Below are positions 56,422 to 64,000 of a stretch of 64,000 nt of DNA, piece after piece (the stretch's first letter is position 1; each line of letters begins with the position of its first letter). The translations under genes and the position numbers were made by a program. Origin of the DNA: Octopus vulgaris (taxonomy: Eukaryota); NCBI GenBank assembly GCA_951406725.2, contig OX597818.1:118358001-118422000 (forward strand). Reading direction: 5' to 3'. A model generated the notes under the pieces. The model was given only the letters and a program-made list of their open reading frames with translations. It did not search any database and had not been told where the DNA came from.

Positions 56422-56490
56422 GCAGATAGATAGATACTAAATTCAGATAACATAGGTGTCGGTTAAATATCGTCTCAGGCCCATATCTAA

Positions 56491-56589
<99 letters not shown>

Positions 56590-56590
56590 T
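56335..56590. repeat. (TA)n-(GATA)n and (ATT)n microsatellites
   Basis: Seen directly. Confidence 0.95.
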
Positions 56591-57129
56591 AAATATTTAT
56601 TTATTTATTTAAAACAATTTTATTTCCCATCTGCACCCACACCATGCGACTTGCAGTTTCGAACATTTAAATCATATGGTGCTGAATCGAAAAATTTTAA
56701 ATAATAATATATGGAACTGCTTTAAACAGTAGTATATATAACTCCTACAGCATGTTTGTCCATTCACCCATTTATACATGTGTGTGTGCGTGCGTGTGCG
56801 TGTGTGGAGGAGAGAGAGATAGAAAGGTATGTCCGTGTTTGTGTGCGCGCACGTATATATATGCAAGTGTGTATGTGTTAGCCCGCACGTGTGTGTGTGT
56901 CTGTGTACTCACATGTATAAACGTGTGTGTATTGTCAACCGCAACATTTTGAAATGTTTCGATTACGTTTTTATCTGCTGTCATTTTCCTGATCAGTTTT
57001 GATAGACTAAAACAATTATCAAAGACATTCTGCCATTCCCATGGAGACCGACTTGCTCACTGTATCAGTAATGGATGTTATTATCCATTGTTCCCATTTT
57101 TGTTTTTCTTTTTTTTCTTTTTTGCAGGG

Positions 57130-57600
57130 GCGTATATAGTTTAAGTTTGTGAAGGTATTTGCACAGAATCAAATCACAGCCTCGAATAGCCGTTGTTTGA
57201 ATTCTTCTCATCATCGTCTTAGAAATTACATGAATGATAAAGTGGTGATACTCATAAAAGTTTATTGTCAATGCTTTTAGTTTCAACTTTGACAAAAAAA
57301 AATAGCTAGTTGTTAGCGGACATTCCATTCTTACGTCTTTTATGGTAGTGTAGTTATATAGTTCTTTTCGTAGTGACAAGTTAATGGTCATTTTTACTCT
57401 GAGGATGAAGTGCATTTGAATTCTGCCCTGAACAGAGTCAGGCCATGCTTTATGAATGAAGTTTGTTGGACCACAAAATCTGTCTATATATACTGATTCG
57501 TATATTTTCTCGGATTGCAAGTATGATCTGTTGACCTGTTTCACATATTAACTTGACAGTTTCATGTCTTTAATTAAGTTTTTGGAAGCATTTGGAAAAG
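57130..57600 (-). mobile_element. Possible decayed LINE reverse-transcriptase remnant
   Basis: KDVRMECPLTTSYFF resembles the RT motif GVRQGCPLSP.LF; otherwise weak. Confidence 0.35.
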
Positions 57601-57749
57601 GTTGCAGATTTCAATATTACTTCGCGTTTGATGAGACAATTTCTAGTTGAAGAACACTTCCACTGCGAGGTAATATTTAATCCCCACTTTAAGTGGATAA
57701 TCCGTTAGAAAAAACTATATTTCTGTAGGTACATGTGAGAAACTCCTAT

Positions 57750-58620
57750 ATGAGGTCGTCAAGTATGTAATCTGTAGAAAAGAAAAAAGGTTTGGAATGT
57801 TTTATAAATACAAATAATAGTTTTATTCATCAAAGTATGTCAATACATGTGTGCCATTGCAACGGTAGCTTGTCCAGCCTGGAACTGTAAAAACCTGGCA
57901 ATCTAGGGTCAATAAAATCTTGGAAGGCCTGTTTTACAGCATCATCGGAATTTGTGCTGAACGTTTACGGTTGTTGTATTAGATCCATTTCTCATCGTAT
58001 CTTACAATTCGATTCAAAAATGATTAATTTTTGTGACGAGAACGTAGCATTCTGCAGGCTTCCAAACGTTGCAGTTTCTGATTTTCATTAAGCTCATTTG
58101 GAACACACTTATTCAAATATTTCACTTTACCGATCTGAACTCGGTGAGTCAATATTGTTTACTTGCTAACAGCAAATGACAACGATTATTCACAGACACT
58201 TTGGGATGGATCTGACTTTCAGTTCATTATCCACCTTTGTTTCTAGTCGACCACGTTGCTCATTTGTGAGGTCAAATTTTACCAGAACGAAATTTTGCAA
58301 ACCAATTTGATACTGTCTGTTGTATAATAACATCAGAATGAAATCCTCCATTAATATTCCGAGCTGTCTTTGATGATGTATTTCCAAGAAACAACTAATA
58401 TTTCAAAGCTGTACGAATTTCCAACTTACCCATCTCTAAACAAAAATAGCAAAAAACGATTTATAAATACTTTATAAAGCGCAAAATAAGTTAGAATAAA
58501 GAAACAGATGTGTCAGCTTTCTAACAAAAAATAAAGATTGTCAAAATATAATAATGGCACAAAATGCGCAACTGTCAAATTTTAGCATATACCTTATAAA
58601 AAATTTAATACTTAACGACT
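57750..58620 (-). mobile_element. Degenerate, internally deleted mariner
   Basis: MGKLEIR...KTARNING...TVSNWFAKFRSG/FDLTNEQRGRLETKVDNELK at the N-terminus; NSDDAVKQAFQDFID...FYSSRLDKLPLQWHTCID at the C-terminus. Confidence 0.82.
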
Positions 58621-60381
58621 TAATATATAGAGAAGAGAATCGACGAGGCAATATCTCACATCGTATGGTTTCTTCATATTCTAGGCGACAAAATATTTGT
58701 TGATATATCATTTAATCACCATAAGTTCTGGAAAGAAATATGTAACACTGATTAGAAAATTGCATATTATTTAAGTTATAGATATTAATAATAATTTTAT
58801 ATTTGAAATATCTATATAGCTAGAAATTTGGAAGACGAGATGATTGCATACAATCAAATCTAGCGTCACTTGTATTAGACTTGTACTTCATTTGGAGGAT
58901 AGATGGACAAGTTAACCTCACCAAACTTTGAACTTAGAACGTAAAGAACCGGAGAAATTGGACAATGCATTTTCTGTCCTCCTTGTGATAGTAATTCTGA
59001 AAATCTACTTTGTTTATACCACCGGGCATGATTTTTTTCTTCCTTTTTGTGGTGTGGATAATCAACGACATGGACTTCATTATACATCAAGTACTAATTT
59101 TATTGACACAGAAAGGAACAAAAACGAATTCATCAGCATCGGAATTTGAACTCAGAAGCTAGAAGGAATAACTGAGGTTTTGGCCAGTTTAGGCCCAGGC
59201 TATGTCTAACTTAATAACACTCCACGAAGAATTTTGTTGGGTCTGCTAACGATTCTGTCAGCTGGCCTCCTTACAGCATATAAGTGATGGTATCAAATTT
59301 TGGTAAAAGACCAGCAGTTTTTTAAGGGATGGGTAGGTTGATTACATCGACTCCGGTACTTAACTGGTAATAACGTTATCAACCCTGAAACGATGAAAGC
59401 AAATTCGAACTCGGCCGAATTTGAACGCAGAACGCTAAGATAAACAAAATGTCTTAAAACTAGTAAATAATAAAATTAACATAAAATAAGTTATAAATAT
59501 CTTGAGAAACATTACATTCTTCTAGTTTGAAATATCTGAAAGCCAAAGACAAAAAACTAAAAGATGTTATTTTTAGTGATTTATATATTATTTTCACAAT
59601 TTAATGGCAAAAAAAATTGTCATTGAAAATATGACAAGTTTTATACATTTATACGTCAGGTCTATCACGTTTTTCTTCTCTCGGTAAAATATGTATGAGT
59701 TTATTTTGATTCTGCTGCTGCATCTCTATTTGTCCTTCTTTTTTTACAGACAACTGGTTTCTTCTTCAAAACTTCACCCTAATTATCGTTCATATTCAGG
59801 TGATCTATAAAATCTTAAAACTTAACACTAAAACAGTCAAGTTACACGCTCTCTTCTACATTTCAGAAAAGATTGCATCTTTCTTGGGATGTGACCGGTA
59901 TCGTAGCATTAGCCAGGACTGTGGTGAATGAAAATGAAAACGCATTACAAATTGCTTGAATACAAATTGTCATGCTTTTAAATAGAGATAAACTTGATAA
60001 CATATAATGCCCATCTCAGATTACCGTAAGGTTAAATTAATTAAATACTGACTAAGAGAAGTGAGAAGCAACCTTAGTGTCAGTGGTTGAATTTAGAAGG
60101 AAAAGAATCTGTGATTAACTATTTTATCTTGATAAATTTTAATCTGTTTATGGGTTCATAAAAAAGTCCGTCATTAAGTTGCTTCAAATTCGAATATGAA
60201 CAAAATCAAGTTAAGGATAAGTTCTCCAACATGTCCTATGCCGTGCAGTTATTGCGTGAGGACTGAGACTCTGCACAACACACGTTAACAATCTCTTGTG
60301 ACAAGTTATTACATACATTTGAATTTTAGCGAATAACACAATTTTCAGTAAAATAAATCATCTTTAGTAATGATTATTTCC

Positions 60382-60840
60382 TAACATAATGTGGCCGTCC
60401 TGCAAAGGACGGTATTACGGTTGTTTTAGCCCTAAGAAAACAGCTTTTCCTGCTGGCTAACGACACACCGTCTGTGTCCGTATACAGCATTTGCAAGGGA
60501 GGTCATCGCTCCCATCTATAGCCTTATGTGTTATCCGTCCTCATTGTGAGACAATCACCGGCTAGAAACGAAAGCTATCTCCACTCGCAAATGCTATATA
60601 GTCTTTAAGCGACACACAGTGACTGATCTTGTATCGAGAAAAATATGTGTTAAATCTCTGAGCGGGGGAAATACAGCAACAGTACCGAATAGTAATGTTT
60701 ATATGCCAACATAACGTGACAACCCAGTAGAGTACGATGTTACAGTTGTTTTAGCCCCATAAAAAAACATCATTTCCAGCTGGTTAACGACACACAGTAT
60801 GACCGTATATAGCATCTTCTGCCTTACGTGATACTCACAG
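60382..60840. repeat. Two diverged direct copies of an unclassified repeat (60382-60630 and 60708-60840)
   Basis: Shared AACATAA.GTG....TTAC.GTTGTTTTAGCCC.....TTTCC.GCTGG.TAACGACACAC.GT.TG..CCGTATA.AGCAT. Confidence 0.75.
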
Positions 60841-61622
60841 ACCTAGGTTTCTGGTACTCTCCGGTACTGTTACTGTATTTTTCTCATTCAGTGATTTAAA
60901 ATAACCTTTAACTAGTAAAGAACAAAATAGCCTGAGCCCGAAGATGAGGCTAAATTATTGCATCTACGAAATGATTCATAGTAAAGAAATGGAAGAAAAA
61001 ACATGAAGTCCGTGGCTGGATCGATAAGTTACGCACTGTTTGATAAATCATATTCTTAATCAGGGAAATCATAGTATCGAATACAAACTATTAAAATTAA
61101 ACTTATTCTTAGTTATTAGCTACTCTTAATGTCAGTCTGCCCTAGTTGAAACATAGTATAAGAGAGGTTTAACCAAAGGTGCCGCAATAGACGCAAATCG
61201 ACGTGAGCAGCGATTTACCCCTCTAGTGAAGCGCTTTAACAAAGAGTGCTTTTCTGTTATTTTAATATTCTGTTCTTTTCTTATTCCAAACTATTTTGCG
61301 GTGTAATTTTCATGAGGGCATCTCATGACTAACATTATCTTTGGTATCATTGTTTCCCGGCATTTTGTACTATTACGTGTCAATATGTTATATCGGGCAT
61401 AAATGGCCTGGCTATGACCAATCTCTTCATTTCCATCTCGAGTCATGCTTCAAATTTATATTTTTAATTTTCACTTGCTGAAAACTTTCAAGTAATCCTT
61501 ACATATTTGAAGTAACTGAAAGATATGTATTTATATATATCCAACCGAACATGGAGGCATGAAAGTAAAGTTGACAGCTTAGAATATAATTTCACAGACT
61601 CACCAGAGACACACACACGTAC

Positions 61623-61656
<34 letters not shown>

Positions 61657-61971
61657 ACCCGTGTATGTGTGTATACATATACATGGTTCAAATGTACAGA
61701 AAACAAAACATGTGTGTATGTAAATATATATGCATGTGTGCATATGTACATATATATACAGCGTCCACCCAAAAATATGTCTACACGCTTCTGGAAAGGA
61801 AAACTTTGTATAAATAATTTTAATTCAGTGTTATTGAAATTTATTCTCAGGTATCGCAACTTGACGAAATATCGAAAGAAGTCTTTTCATCTATAGAGGC
61901 ATTTATACAAGTTAAATGCTTATACAGATTTTTCGTTTTCTGAAAGTGAATGCAATTTTAGAGTTGGACCT

Positions 61972-61972
61972 G

Positions 61973-62030
<58 letters not shown>

Positions 62031-62210
62031 CATACACACACACATACACATACACACATATATATATATGCATATATATATGTACATATATATATATATA
62101 TATACACATATATACACATATATATATACATACATATATATGTAAACATATATATATACATATGTATACATATATATATATATACATACATACATATATA
62201 CATATATACA

Positions 62211-62276
<66 letters not shown>

Positions 62277-62289
62277 CATATATATATAC

Positions 62290-62338
<49 letters not shown>

Positions 62339-62340
62339 CG
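61972..62340. repeat. Degenerate (TA)n/(TACA)n microsatellite complex
   Basis: Seen directly. Confidence 0.95.
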
Positions 62341-62792
62341 CACACATGCACATGCACATATATGTAATTGTATATATACATATATTATCAGCTTTTGTTG
62401 CTCTAAAAGGCAGTCATTTGTACTAAGATTTCATTCTTGTAGACTCATAATTTACCTGTTTAAATATGCACAAGTATAATGTTTTATTTATCTTTACATA
62501 CACTCGTGTTCTGTAGACAAATCTCTTATTGTTTACTTGCCCATATTTTCGATATCTTTCACTACTTTTTCCACAATGGGATATTTTGACAGCATTTTAA
62601 TTAGAAACTATCTCTTTATGAAATCTTTGAGAAAATTAACAAACAATAAAACAACATTTTCACCTTTAAAACCGAAAACAAGATTGGATAAACATAATTT
62701 TTAAAAAAAATTTGTTTAAGATTTACTATATTTCACATCACATATTTGTCTTCAAACGTTCTTACGTACTTGCGTTAGTAACCACTTTCAAT

Positions 62793-63111
62793 GAGGGCGC
62801 GTGGCTTAGTGGTTAGGGCATTCGGCTCATGATCGTAAGGTTGTGAGTTCGATTCCCGGCGACGCGTTGTGTCCTTGAGCAAGACACTTTATTTCACGTT
62901 GCTCCAGTCCACTCAGCTGGCAAAAATGAGTTGTACTTGTATTTCAAAGTGTCAGCCTTGTCACTCTCTGTGTCACGCTGATTATCCCCGAGAACTACGT
63001 TAAGGGTACACGTGTCTGTGGAATGCTCAGCCATTTGCACGTTAATTACACGAGCAAGCTGTTCCGTTGATCGTATCAGCTGGGACCCTCGTCGTCGTAA
63101 CCGGCGGAGTC
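62793..63111 (+). mobile_element. SINE family C, full copy with tRNA-Met-like head
   Basis: A box TGGCTTAGTGG, CTCATGA loop (CAT), B box GAGTTCGATTCC, core GTGTCCTTGAGCAAGACACTT; AACCA(C/G)TTTCA on both flanks may be a decayed TSD. Confidence 0.92.
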
Positions 63112-64000
63112 TTTTTTAAAAACCAGTTTCACCAACACAAGTGTAAATCATCTGCACATTCGTACGCTCAGACACTAAACTATTGTTTCTAAATTAGTTT
63201 TCTATAAGGAAGACTTTGTTGTATAATTATAAAATCAAACAGATTCATGTATACAATTACAATTGTTTGAACGAAGCTACTTTATATGGGTTTTTTGTAG
63301 CGTTTTATCGACTAACACGCTAATGTAGATTGTTGCACACAAGTCTTTACAAAATCCTCAAATTATATATTTGTTATAATTTAATGAAATACATTGTTTA
63401 TATCTGATATTATATGATATTTAAATTCAACCGCAATCCTATTTAAAATCTCCTCAACGATATTGACTTCAGTGTGAATAATATAATTATTTAGTACTCG
63501 ATTACTTAAGCTATAAACATTGATTTTCTCGTAATATATTTATATTCATTTATAAAAGACACTAACACCAAGAAGTTAGATATTTTTCTAAACTACGAAG
63601 CAATACCTCGATGCCAAACGGCTTGAATGTAGTCATGAAATGTAATATAGATCAAAAAATCTATGCGATCTAGATTTGTCGGGATCAAAAACCATCATCA
63701 GTTTATTTTCCTCAGGACAAGTGCATAGATTAGTCCATTGCAGATTATCTCTAAGCAGACAGAATATATCATTTGAAGCATCAATTTTATCAGTATCGTT
63801 GCTTAAATTTTGTTATGGAATGGCACATGCCGACATTTCCTAAATGTCATTTACAAACCATTTAGAAAAAAGTAGTTTAAATAAGTGAATTCGAGTTATT
63901 TTATTGCGCTTTTTTCTTTATTTATTTTCATTGCCAAAATAAATATTGACACAATATTTCTTAGCTAATGATGTTATTAAAACAATATTATGCTTCATAT

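Larger units (their letters stand above)
55298..59323. repeat. ~320-bp inverted duplication (55298-55616 versus 59003-59323)
   Basis: Arms share a private insert (GAGTGTTATTAAGTTAGACATAGCCTGGGCCT..ACTGGCCAAAACCTCAG) and flanking sequence in reverse complement. Confidence 0.92.

Noticed and set aside
62793-62865. tRNA-Met gene
   Set aside because: No paired acceptor stem; it continues into a SINE body present in several copies.

Overview
AT-rich, microsatellite-saturated eukaryotic non-coding DNA. The SINE repertoire and repeat style suggest a coleoid cephalopod such as Octopus (inference). No intact host protein-coding gene was found, and almost all long ORFs in the track are translations of (TA)n/(CA)n/(TATC)n arrays. 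The window holds three tRNA-type SINE families in many copies, a near-complete DD34D mariner nested in a decayed R4/Dong-like retrotransposon, other mariner/pogo/Helitron remnants, a Gypsy integrase relic and two Penelope-like (GIY-YIG) 3' fragments. The most notable signal is about ten type-I hammerhead-ribozyme-like motifs from at least six unrelated sequence families. Most lie in short cassettes next to or within (TA)n arrays, two sets form outward-facing inverted pairs, and several share non-canonical cores (CCGATGA, TTGAAAA, CTGTGGA). A candidate 15-nt microexon, a 66-nt exon and several long inverted repeats were also seen. All calls are from manual reading; no folding or database searches were run.
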